In this document: one piece after another, positions 9,786 through 18,341 of the stretch
How positions within the stretch are numbered: the first letter of the stretch is position 1
Layout of the letters: every line of letters starts with the position of its first letter
Assembly (NCBI GenBank): GCA_965217585.1
Contig: OZ244561.1
Location: forward strand, 882,888 to 946,887
DNA length: 64,000 nt
From: Candidatus Latescibacterota bacterium
GTDB taxonomy: Bacteria; Latescibacterota; UBA2968; UBA8231
Reading direction: 5' to 3'
Translations under genes and position numbers: made by a program
Notes under the pieces: generated by a model
What the model was told of the DNA's origin: nothing
Database searches by the model: none
What the model saw: the letters and a program-made list of their open reading frames with translations, nothing else

Positions 9786-11308
9786 TCGGGTTCTCCGATC
9801 CAGCTAGAAATATCGGCCCAGTCGTTGTGGAGTACGCGTGCGACTTCATCAAATTCGGATGGATAAAGTCCTGAGTCGTCGAGACGAATTTCCCTCACTA
9901 CCGATCCCTTCGGACGGAGCCTCGGTTTGAACAGCCATGCTCCCACTTGGTCGGAACGCAGCGCGAAATCACCCCGGGGAATTTCCTTGCGGCGGGCTTT
10001 GGGAAGTTCGGAGCGCCGTACGATGTTGGCGAGTTCCTCTAGCACCCACTCGCTGTGAGTCGTGATTATCACCCTGATACCCGCATCAACGAGTGCGGCG
10101 ATTTGGCGGATGAATTCGACCTGCATACCCGGATGCAGGTGCGCTTCCGGCTCTTCAATGATCAAGGTCTCGCCGGGCTGAACAACATGGCGCATATACA
10201 AGACCACTGGCGCGAGTTCCGACACCATCGACGAGGTGTTCATCAGAGGTAGGGAATTTTTCCATCCGTCGGGTTTATAGAAAAACAGCGGATAGCCCAT
10301 TGCCGACGTTTTGATTTGAACCGAGCCTGTGAGGATCGCTTGCTCAATGTGCTTGGCTAGAGCGTCTGCTCCGTTGCTCTGACGTTCCGCAGGATCGCCC
10401 AACTTGATGAGCTGATTGAGAAAATCGGCGACAACACCCGAAAGGTCTGGCAGCGGATCTTCTCGATGAAGCCGAGGTTGCGCGGCGCGATTGATCAAGG
10501 AACTGATGACCACGCGATGAGCGTGCATCACGCCGGTGCGGTCGGCGGGAAGATAATGAGCGGGGCGAGTCATCGGGCCGAGGATGAAGGAAAGGACGGA
10601 GTTGGCAAGGCGCTCCGACACTTCCGACACACCCGCCATTCTGTCTATATCGTTGCGCCAGCTAAGGAGTCTTGAAGAATAACTATATTTTTTCGGCGGT
10701 TTTGCAACCCGCAAAGGCACTGCCTCGGAGATCGCAGTAGTTAGCTGCGATCCCTTCTGCGTCATCGAAAGTGCGTATTTGAACGGTGCCGTGTTGCCAC
10801 CTTCTCCCAATCCGCTGCTTTGCAGGGCAACCTCGGCATTATTGCTGCCCGGATGGCGAATCAAATCCTTTGTGCCATCTACACCGAAACACCTCGTGAT
10901 TTCCTCAGCGAGTACTTCTTTAAAAAGACCATCGACGTGTCGGAGTTGCCGAAGTACCAAATCTGCGACCGGAGCCGACAGAGCCACATTGCGCTCGTGG
11001 TTCTCCGCTTCCCATGCTCGTAACGCTTGTAGGATGCGGTCGAATTCGGCGTCAAGCAGGCGGTTAAATTCGTTGTCGGGCAGATCGAGATCATCAAGTG
11101 AGCCGTTTGTAATCGGCTGCATTATAGGGTAGGGACCGGCCCTAAAAAACCGATGCAGCGCATAGATCAGGATCGCCAAATAGGATTTCCCCGTGTTGCT
11201 CGGCCCAATGAATACGGTCAGTGGACGCAGATCGATCTTGGCCTCGACGATCGGCCCGAAATTGGCTACTTCGAGTTCAAGTGTGTCTTGTTTAGTTAGA
11301 TCGTTCAT
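9782..11308 (-). CDS. ABC-type (AAA_15/AAA_21-like) ATPase, 508 aa
   Basis: Walker A FIGPSNTGKSYL, YLPADRTG, Walker B/D-loop TLIIEEPEAHLHPGMQ, H-loop VIITTHSEW. The start is set at ATG 11308 (MNDLTKQD), with GGAG about 10 nt upstream. The ORF-track extension to 11446 would run into the promoter motif. Confidence 0.85.
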   Translation of the reverse strand: MNDLTKQDTLELEVANFGPIVEAKIDLRPLTVFIGPSNTGKSYLAILIYALHRFFRAGPYPIMQPITNGSLDDLDLPDNEFNRLLDAEFDRILQALRAWEAENHERNVALSAPVADLVLRQLRHVDGLFKEVLAEEITRCFGVDGTKDLIRHPGSNNAEVALQSSGLGEGGNTAPFKYALSMTQKGSQLTTAISEAVPLRVAKPPKKYSYSSRLLSWRNDIDRMAGVSEVSERLANSVLSFILGPMTRPAHYLPADRTGVMHAHRVVISSLINRAAQPRLHREDPLPDLSGVVADFLNQLIKLGDPAERQSNGADALAKHIEQAILTGSVQIKTSAMGYPLFFYKPDGWKNSLPLMNTSSMVSELAPVVLYMRHVVQPGETLIIEEPEAHLHPGMQVEFIRQIAALVDAGIRVIITTHSEWVLEELANIVRRSELPKARRKEIPRGDFALRSDQVGAWLFKPRLRPKGSVVREIRLDDSGLYPSEFDEVARVLHNDWADISSWIGEPE

Positions 11309-11426
11309 ATCTTCATTCTCCGTTCTAGCACCTCGTCTGGGCTGACGCGGCGTTGATTTTCGGAAGTTACAGGCTCTCGTCCATACGACCACCAGCACTG
11401 CAACAGCAAGCCCAAACGAAAAAGCG

Positions 11427-11456
11427 ATCATAGTCAGTACTTGCAAGTTTGGACAA
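11427..11456 (-). promoter_or_regulatory. Putative sigma70-type promoter of the ATPase-nuclease-methylase operon (-35 TTGTCC, 18-nt spacer, -10 TATGAT)
   Basis: Minus-sense sequence: TTGTCC aaacttgcaagtactgac TATGAT. The spacer contains the perfect 10-bp palindrome ACTTGCAAGT. It is a paralogue of 3996-4025. Confidence 0.45.
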
Positions 11457-11611
11457 GTAGAATCTAATTGAACAGTGTGCTTTGCGCTTTGCCCGGCAGC
11501 TCGGTCTCAAGGCCCTGACCGTTCCAGAATTCACCGTATATCTATACGAAATAGGGTAGTGCGTCACTTTGAAATTATTGTATATAATTCCCCCAAAAAA
11601 AGGTGCTATTA

Positions 11612-13324
11612 ATGTATTTCCCCGTCTTTGCTCGAACGGCCAAGTGCGATACTGCATGGACCATTTTGTCCGTCTGCTTTGTTCTAGCTTTGCAGGTCGG
11701 GTGCGGCTCAGAACCCCAAAGCCATGTGGTCGCAAGGATAGCGGGGCAAGAAATCACCACGGTCGAACTGCAAGCGTTCGCCGCCCGCCTGCCGGACGGC
11801 ATCCACGCAGGTAAGAGCGACAGTGAGGCCAATGTCATGGTCTTGAATGCGCTGATCGACAAAAAAGTGCTACTAGCCGAAGCAGAGGCGCAGCAATTGC
11901 AGAGCGATCCGGGCTTGGTCCTCGATTTATCCGCCTTCAGAGATCGGGAAATGATGAAGTTGTACAACCAGCTCAAAGTGGATCAGCAGATTTCGATTGC
12001 ACAAGAGGAACTGATCGAACTGTACCGGGACGAGGCTTGGGACAGAGCGCTGCGCCTTGCAGCCATAGTGGTCGCAACGCGGGAGCAAGCCGACGAACTA
12101 GTAGCCGAACTCAACAGCGGCAAGGCGTTCCGCCAGCTCGTCGACGCCTATTCTGTCGATGAGACAACCAAAGCCTGGGGTGGAGACACGGGACGCTATT
12201 TGTCCAGAGACACCGCCGATGAATCCCTGCGGGAATTATTGACCCTGCAGGTGGGTGACCTATCGGAGCCGCTGCCCTTCGCCTATAAAGGAAAAAAGCA
12301 CTACGCCGTATTCAAAGTACTAGACGAGATGCCCATTGCCTTAAACGAGGTGCAAGATGTCCTCGAGGAGAAAATTTTCGGCTCCAAACGAATTGCCCGC
12401 AGAGCGGCGTTGACCGATTCGCTGGCGGGCGTCTACGAGCCTTTAGTAGATGCCGCTGGGGTGGCATTTTTGGCCGAGCGGTCAGCCGGCGGCCAAATCA
12501 ATGTGTCCGAGGCGGAGGCCACTAGGCGCTTGGGTTCCTACCGCGACGGCGATCTGACCATTGGCGAATTTCTTTCCGTCGTGCTCCACAAAGCCGGTCC
12601 GGGGACCCGGCACCAACTCGCCGATACTGCGTTGGTAGCGGCCAAGGTCCGCGGCCTGCTCACTGCCCAGATGCTACTCAAAGCATCCCACGCCCTGGGC
12701 CTAGATCGGGATTCTACCTTGGTAGCCAGCGTGGAAAACGAGCGCGAAAATCTACTCGTGAGTCTGCTGCGCAAGATCAATGTCGACGCCTATATCAGGG
12801 TTGCAGCAGCAGAAGCCCGCGCCTTCTACGACAAAAACCCCGAAAAATTTCGCTATCTCGAAGCCATTATAGCCGCAGAGGTTCTCTTGTCCAACGAAGA
12901 GGAAGCTCAGCGCGTAAAAGAGCAATTGCAAGAGGGAGCCGCTGCAGAACAATTGATCGCAAAATACGACACTCGCGGGGTCCATGGAGAAAAAAGGGGA
13001 TTTGTGCGCCTCGACGCCTACAAGCGACTTCACTACCCCCATATATACGATCTGTCCCAGGATATGGAAATAGGCCAAGTCGGCGGACCCATCAAGGTTG
13101 CGGAAGGGTATTCCGTATTTAAAATAATCGACCGGGAAGCGGCCAAGCCCAAACCTTTTAATGCCGCGGCGAAAAAACGCGCCACCGCCTATGTCAGGAT
13201 CAATAAGGCCAAGCACGGCTATGTGGAGTTCGTGAGCGCTTTGCGGGAGAAATACGACGTGGAAACTTTCCCCGCCAATATTCCCACCATGATCAAAGAC
13301 GGGAAATTTCAGGCCGACAATTAG
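11612..13324 (+). CDS. SurA-like peptidyl-prolyl isomerase (parvulin/PpiC) lipoprotein
   Basis: Signal peptide plus lipobox LALQVGCGS. SurA-N-like region IAGQEITTVELQAF. C-terminal parvulin-like block GGPIKVAEGYSVFKIIDRE. The ATG at 11612 is preceded by AAGGTG; the ORF track starts at GTG 11603. Confidence 0.75.
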   Translation: MYFPVFARTAKCDTAWTILSVCFVLALQVGCGSEPQSHVVARIAGQEITTVELQAFAARLPDGIHAGKSDSEANVMVLNALIDKKVLLAEAEAQQLQSDPGLVLDLSAFRDREMMKLYNQLKVDQQISIAQEELIELYRDEAWDRALRLAAIVVATREQADELVAELNSGKAFRQLVDAYSVDETTKAWGGDTGRYLSRDTADESLRELLTLQVGDLSEPLPFAYKGKKHYAVFKVLDEMPIALNEVQDVLEEKIFGSKRIARRAALTDSLAGVYEPLVDAAGVAFLAERSAGGQINVSEAEATRRLGSYRDGDLTIGEFLSVVLHKAGPGTRHQLADTALVAAKVRGLLTAQMLLKASHALGLDRDSTLVASVENERENLLVSLLRKINVDAYIRVAAAEARAFYDKNPEKFRYLEAIIAAEVLLSNEEEAQRVKEQLQEGAAAEQLIAKYDTRGVHGEKRGFVRLDAYKRLHYPHIYDLSQDMEIGQVGGPIKVAEGYSVFKIIDREAAKPKPFNAAAKKRATAYVRINKAKHGYVEFVSALREKYDVETFPANIPTMIKDGKFQADN

Positions 13325-13329
13325 TTTCT

Positions 13330-15885
13330 TTATTTTTTTGGCCGCTGGCCGGCTCCTTCTAACCTTCTCAGGGCCCGCAGGGCCGTTCTTTCGTCCGGAT
13401 CGGTTTTGCGGGCCTGTCTATAGTGCCAAATCGCGTCGCCTGTTTTGTCGTTTAGCAGGGACACCGCGCCCTCGATCGAGTACTTACGCGATCGGAGGCG
13501 GCGCTCGATGTTTTGTTTCTCCTCTTCGTCCATGTCGAAAAGAGACTCGTTTGTCTCCACCACTAGGTGGGGCAACAGGCTTGACAGAGCGGGCAGGCCC
13601 GCGCCCGTATCCCCGCGCCGGCGGTCGGTAAAGCTTATATAGGGTCGGTCGTCGGTGTTCAAAGGGCCATGGCCGGCGTAGTCTGAAAAAGCGCGCTCGT
13701 CCAGGGCCAGGGTCCCGGCGAAAGAAACCGGATCGGCCAGATCTACCTCTTGCAGAGATTCTTGCAAAGCCGCTGCTGACAGTCGTTGTGCCAATAATTC
13801 AAAGTCGATGTGTTGAGGCTGGTTTGCACCCAGCACAATGGAGTATTTGTCGGTCAGCCACAGGGTCGCGTGGGGGAAAACCGCGCGAAATGTTCGCAAG
13901 ATCATCTCGTAGTCGGCTACGGCCAGCCCGTGCAGGGGGATCCACTGGGCTATCAAGCCTGCTGTTTTGAGTCGCTGGCGACAGAGCTGGTAGAATTCTT
14001 CCGTATACAGCACCCAGCTATCCGCCGTGCCGGGATGGGTCGCGTCGGCGATAATGATATCGTAGCGCTCTGGTGTCCGCATCACGTGGTTTCTGCCGTC
14101 GCCGTGGATTAGCCGGAGGCGATCCGTGCCCACCCTGTTGAAGACGTAGTTGTTGTAGCGGGCAAAAAAATCGGCGGCCTCGACCACACCGGGGACGACT
14201 TCGACGCAATCCACCCGCTCGGGTTGGTGCAGCAAGACCGAACTGAGGGTAACGCCGCCCCCGAAGGCAATCACCAGGACTTGCCGGGGGTCGCTGTGCA
14301 GGATCATCGGCAGATTGCCGAGGAGTCGAAAAATCTTGATTGATGCATGGTCTGTCGGCACTTCTCCCATGCCATTTACTTTGAGGATGCGGTTGCCGTG
14401 GTCCATTTGCTGGACCGTTACCGTCCCAGCAGTACCCTCGCGGTAATAGACAAGCTCGCTGTCTTTTTCTGTATTTGTGAACAACGCGATAAAAAGATTG
14501 CTCGGCATGGCCCAAGTCAGCAGCAGTACCGCGCCGATAGGCAGGCCTATGGCTTGCAGCTTAAAACGACTACTGGCGTTTGGATGGACCAGCAGCAGCA
14601 CCGCCCCCAAGGCGATGTTGGTCCAGGCCAAGACTTGCACCGCGCGCTCTGTGCCCAGTAGCGGAATCAATAAAAAACCGGCGCCAAAAGCGCCACCGAT
14701 AGATCCCAGTGAATTGACGGCGTAGACCTTGCCGATTTTTGTGCCCAAGGTCTTTAAATGCGTAGCGTTGAGTTGTCCTACGAGCGGCAAGAGCACTCCG
14801 AGCAGACAGGTGGGAATGAGCGTGATCCAGAAAATCAAGGTAGCTGTTGCGAAAAGATAGCCCGTCCATGAGGTAAGCGCACTGAGATATGGAATGAAAT
14901 GGGTGCTAGCCCCGAATGCGCCGATGGAGATATGACCAAACAGGCCCAGGAGTATCTCAACGGCGCCGAATGCAATGAGCAGATCCGGCCAGCGGCCGAC
15001 AAAACGAGAGGCGATGGCCCCTCCGAGCGCCAGACCGAGCAAGAAGGCGATCAGGATGATGCTGAGACTTTGGGCCGTGCTCAGCCCCAGTATCATGGTC
15101 AGCACCCGCGTCCACAGCACTTCGTATCCCAGAGCGGTGAAACCCGATGCGCAGAACACCAAAAGCGTCAATTGCCCCAGCCAGTTCGGTAGTGCTGGAG
15201 GATTCTTTTGCTGCGCGTTGTTTCTTTTGCCTAAACTCACCCGGTATGGCTCGGCTGAGTCCGACAAACGGCGGGACCACGTCAGGGAAAAGACCGCAAT
15301 GAGGACATTGCCAACAACGGCGACTGTAGTCGTGCCGCTGATGCCCAAATACTCGATGGTCAGATAAGCCGCGGCCCCGACCCCGCAGGCGGCGCCGAAC
15401 GTATTGGCGGCATACAAGGTCCCCACACTCCAACCCACCTGCGACAGGTGCCGAGTTGCAAAGCGGATCAGAATCGGCAGGGTGCCCCCCATTAGCGTAG
15501 TGGGAATGAGCAGGACGAGGAAACAAAGCGGGAAGCGCATGAGTGCAAAGACATAGGGCGTCGACTCCAGTTGCTGGTAGAGCCAAGTGTGGATTTCGTC
15601 CAGTCCGCTAAGGATTAAGGGGAAAGTTAGGGCAAAGGCGGCGATGCCCAGCTCGAGGAAGGCGTAGAGGCGCAGGTTGTTTTCGCTCTTGTCGGCCAGG
15701 TGCCCGAAGCAGAAGCTGCCCAGCGCCAACCCCGCCATAAAAGCTGTTAGGACCGTGCTGACCGCAAAAGCCCCGGTGCCGAATACGAGGACCAGCATTC
15801 TCACCCATATCACCTGATATACCAAGGTACAGGCACCGGAAAGGAAGAACAGGACCAGCAGGAAGATGTGGGCACCGCGGCTCAA
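13330..15885 (-). CDS. Fused MFS-like membrane domain / spermidine synthase-like methyltransferase-fold protein with C-terminal TPR-like tail
   Basis: 851 aa. The N-terminal ~470 aa are polytopic (IFLLVLFFLSGACTLVYQVIWVRML...). Then come VLVIAFGGGVTLSSVL and YDIIIADATHPGTADSWVLYTEEFY, which are spermidine synthase motifs. Confidence 0.85.
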   Translation of the reverse strand: MSRGAHIFLLVLFFLSGACTLVYQVIWVRMLVLVFGTGAFAVSTVLTAFMAGLALGSFCFGHLADKSENNLRLYAFLELGIAAFALTFPLILSGLDEIHTWLYQQLESTPYVFALMRFPLCFLVLLIPTTLMGGTLPILIRFATRHLSQVGWSVGTLYAANTFGAACGVGAAAYLTIEYLGISGTTTVAVVGNVLIAVFSLTWSRRLSDSAEPYRVSLGKRNNAQQKNPPALPNWLGQLTLLVFCASGFTALGYEVLWTRVLTMILGLSTAQSLSIILIAFLLGLALGGAIASRFVGRWPDLLIAFGAVEILLGLFGHISIGAFGASTHFIPYLSALTSWTGYLFATATLIFWITLIPTCLLGVLLPLVGQLNATHLKTLGTKIGKVYAVNSLGSIGGAFGAGFLLIPLLGTERAVQVLAWTNIALGAVLLLVHPNASSRFKLQAIGLPIGAVLLLTWAMPSNLFIALFTNTEKDSELVYYREGTAGTVTVQQMDHGNRILKVNGMGEVPTDHASIKIFRLLGNLPMILHSDPRQVLVIAFGGGVTLSSVLLHQPERVDCVEVVPGVVEAADFFARYNNYVFNRVGTDRLRLIHGDGRNHVMRTPERYDIIIADATHPGTADSWVLYTEEFYQLCRQRLKTAGLIAQWIPLHGLAVADYEMILRTFRAVFPHATLWLTDKYSIVLGANQPQHIDFELLAQRLSAAALQESLQEVDLADPVSFAGTLALDERAFSDYAGHGPLNTDDRPYISFTDRRRGDTGAGLPALSSLLPHLVVETNESLFDMDEEEKQNIERRLRSRKYSIEGAVSLLNDKTGDAIWHYRQARKTDPDERTALRALRRLEGAGQRPKK

Positions 15886-15975
15886 AATGGCAACCTAGGC
15901 GGTTTAATTGGGCTATGAGCCCGGTAGGGTGTGTACCGTTTATTCACCGGACGAGTCGCTCCGCCGATCTTTGTA

Positions 15976-17352
15976 ATGACAAAATTAAAACGCTTAATCG
16001 CATTCCTTTGCCCGCTCTTTTTTAGCTGCGGCCAGCCCGAGACAGAGGTCATCGCCTTGGTCGAGGATGAAAAGATCACTGCGGCAGAACTGCGCGACTT
16101 TGCGGAGCGGAGAGAAAAAACAGCTATAAGAGTCGGCACTGCAATCGCCGATACGAGCGATCCGCTGCAACAGCTCATCGCCAGAAGGCTGCTGCTGCTA
16201 GAGGCCCGCCATGTCGGTATGGCCGCTGACTCGGTTTTTGTGCGCCGGTTGGAGCGCCGGCGGCGAGATGCGGTGATTGAATCTTATCTCGAGCGCCAGG
16301 TCGACGCGAAAATCGTCGTGACCGCAGAAGATATTCTGCAGGAATACTATGATGCAAACGGGCATCGCGGTCTCAAGTTTATCTATGCTGCAAGAGCGAC
16401 CAAAGCCGCCGCGGTAGAGGACTTGGCCGCGGAAAAATCCATTTGGGGTCTCTCCGGTTATGTGCTCAAAGGACAGGTCAATGAGCAAGTGGCCGACGAA
16501 TTGTTCGCTCTGCCCGTGGGATCCATTTCCCCAGCTCTCCCTCTGCCGATCAAAGCGGATACCGTCTTTGTGGCTTTTAAAGTTCTCGCTGAAAAGCGCG
16601 TCCCTCTCATCGCCGTGCGGCAGCTTATTGAACGCGGCCTGCACTCCCGTATCAGGGCAAAGATGGAGCGGGCTCTCGGGCTCTCTCTGCGCGATAAATA
16701 CGCCAGCGGCACGGCTAAGGACAATCCATCTCGCAAGTTCGATTCCTCGTCCGTTAGGCCCGACAGTGCACGTATCTCCGATCTCTATTTTGCCGCAGCA
16801 CGGCAAAGTGGTATCGACGAGGAACCCGAGCTACAGGCAAAACTCAGCACCATCGCCGAGGATCTACTCCTGAGCTATTATCTGGCACAGATCGACATAT
16901 CCCCAGCAGCGGCGCGAAGTTATTTTGCGCGTCATCCCGATCAATTTCCCGCCTATGAGGCCATCACCATCACCGAGATTGTGGTCCACAATCGCAAATT
17001 GGCCCAAGATTTGCGCCTAGCAATAGCGCGGGGTGTCGATCCAGAGCTACTGGTGCCAATATTCTCCCAGGGCGTCGGGGCAAGCGGGGGGCGCGTAAAG
17101 CTCAGCCCATATACCATGCCATCAATGCGCTACGAGCGCGCCAAAGGTCTGGAGATCAACGCCGTCGGGGGGCCGATAGAGTGGGCCGGAAAGTTCTCCG
17201 TATTTGTCGTAGTGGACAAAGTGCGAGCAGGGGGCCAGTGGGATCGGGCTTCGCAACGGCGGGCCGAGCGGCTGGCCAGAGAGGAAAAAGAGCGTCGGCA
17301 CTTGGATGCGCTGCGACAGAAATTCTCAGTCCGGGTATTGGCGGAGAGATAG
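15976..17352 (+). CDS. SurA-like PPIase-domain lipoprotein (paralogue of 11612-13324)
   Basis: MTKLKRLIAFLCPLFFSCGQ gives a signal peptide and lipobox. VIALVEDEKITAAELRDFAERRE parallels the N-terminus of the first PPIase. C-terminal GGPIEWAGKFSVFVVVDK is a parvulin-like block. Confidence 0.7.
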   Translation: MTKLKRLIAFLCPLFFSCGQPETEVIALVEDEKITAAELRDFAERREKTAIRVGTAIADTSDPLQQLIARRLLLLEARHVGMAADSVFVRRLERRRRDAVIESYLERQVDAKIVVTAEDILQEYYDANGHRGLKFIYAARATKAAAVEDLAAEKSIWGLSGYVLKGQVNEQVADELFALPVGSISPALPLPIKADTVFVAFKVLAEKRVPLIAVRQLIERGLHSRIRAKMERALGLSLRDKYASGTAKDNPSRKFDSSSVRPDSARISDLYFAAARQSGIDEEPELQAKLSTIAEDLLLSYYLAQIDISPAAARSYFARHPDQFPAYEAITITEIVVHNRKLAQDLRLAIARGVDPELLVPIFSQGVGASGGRVKLSPYTMPSMRYERAKGLEINAVGGPIEWAGKFSVFVVVDKVRAGGQWDRASQRRAERLAREEKERRHLDALRQKFSVRVLAER

Positions 17353-17372
17353 ACCCCGCTGGACCCTAGTAC

Positions 17373-18317
17373 CTAAATCCCCACCCCGAACTCCACCTCG
17401 AAATCGCGCCATATCTCGGGAGCAATATCCGCCGTAGCCGCCTCGTAGGCTTCTTCGACCTGCGTCTTTGAGGCCGCACCGGGCAGGACAATGCTGCTGA
17501 TGGGCGCCGCCAGGCAAAACTGGATGGCCAGATGGCGGATGTTCACGTCTCGTTTCCGACACCAGTCCCACATGGCCCGGGCGCGGACCGCCGGATGGAG
17601 TTCGCGTTCGGGGTATTCGCGGTTGTCGAAGTAGGCCGCCGAGCGCTCGAATACTTTTTCATCGCCCGTCAACAGCCCCATGCCGAGGGGACTGGCGAGA
17701 ATGAGACCTACTTGGCACTGGCGGGCGCGGGGAAATAGATCCACAGCTGCGGCCGTATTGAACAAGTTGTACTCTAGATAAGTGAGGCAGATTTCTATTG
17801 GGCCGGTCTCGATCGCCCGGCGATGCACGGCCGAATTGCGCGCTCCAATGCCGATGTGGCGGATTGAACCCTCTTCTTTCATCTTTACCAGTTCATCCAG
17901 GGCATGGCCCGGAGCCAGCGGATCCACCATGCCCTCCTTGCTGCCAACGTCCTCGGGCTCGTCGTAGCCGTGGATGAGGACATTGTCGAGATAGTCCGTT
18001 CGCAAGCGCTTTAAACTATCTTCCACGCTGCGGCGCGTTTGCGGCCCCGAGTGATCTGAAATCGTCTCTTGGGGGCCATTAGTAGTGACCTTGGCTTGCA
18101 GGTATATATTGTGCCTTCTGCCGCCTGCTAGGGCTTTACCCCACCACGTTTCCAGTTCGGGGTATGTATCCAAGTAATTAAAGCCCAGTTCGAGGGCGCG
18201 GTGGATGCCGGCAATGCATTCGGCCTCCGTTCCGGCGCCCCACCAAGCCCCGCCCAGTCCCAGAGATTTGGGCTGCATCCCGGTCTTGGCAAAAGCTCTC
18301 GTTTCTAGCGCTGGCAT
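17373..18317 (-). CDS. Aldo/keto reductase
   Basis: 314 aa. LGLGGAWWG...IHRALELGFNYLDTYP...YLDNVLIHG...IRHIGIGARN are AKR family blocks. Confidence 0.85.
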   Translation of the reverse strand: MPALETRAFAKTGMQPKSLGLGGAWWGAGTEAECIAGIHRALELGFNYLDTYPELETWWGKALAGGRRHNIYLQAKVTTNGPQETISDHSGPQTRRSVEDSLKRLRTDYLDNVLIHGYDEPEDVGSKEGMVDPLAPGHALDELVKMKEEGSIRHIGIGARNSAVHRRAIETGPIEICLTYLEYNLFNTAAAVDLFPRARQCQVGLILASPLGMGLLTGDEKVFERSAAYFDNREYPERELHPAVRARAMWDWCRKRDVNIRHLAIQFCLAAPISSIVLPGAASKTQVEEAYEAATADIAPEIWRDFEVEFGVGI

Positions 18318-18341
18318 ATTTCGCTCCTTATGTGAAAATTC

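Noticed and set aside
11309-11446. ORF-track N-terminal extension of the ATPase (MQVLTMIAFSFGLAVAVLVV..., which looks like a TM helix)
   Set aside because: The extension starts at a TTG inside the conserved promoter/operator motif. The internal ATG at 11308 has a GGAG RBS and yields the usual approximately 30-residue lead-in to Walker A.
11569-11588. TTGAAA ... TATAAT upstream of the first PPIase gene as a sigma70 promoter
   Set aside because: The two hexamers are only 8 nt apart, so they cannot act as a -35/-10 pair. The TATAAT alone may be a -10, but I could not find a properly spaced -35.
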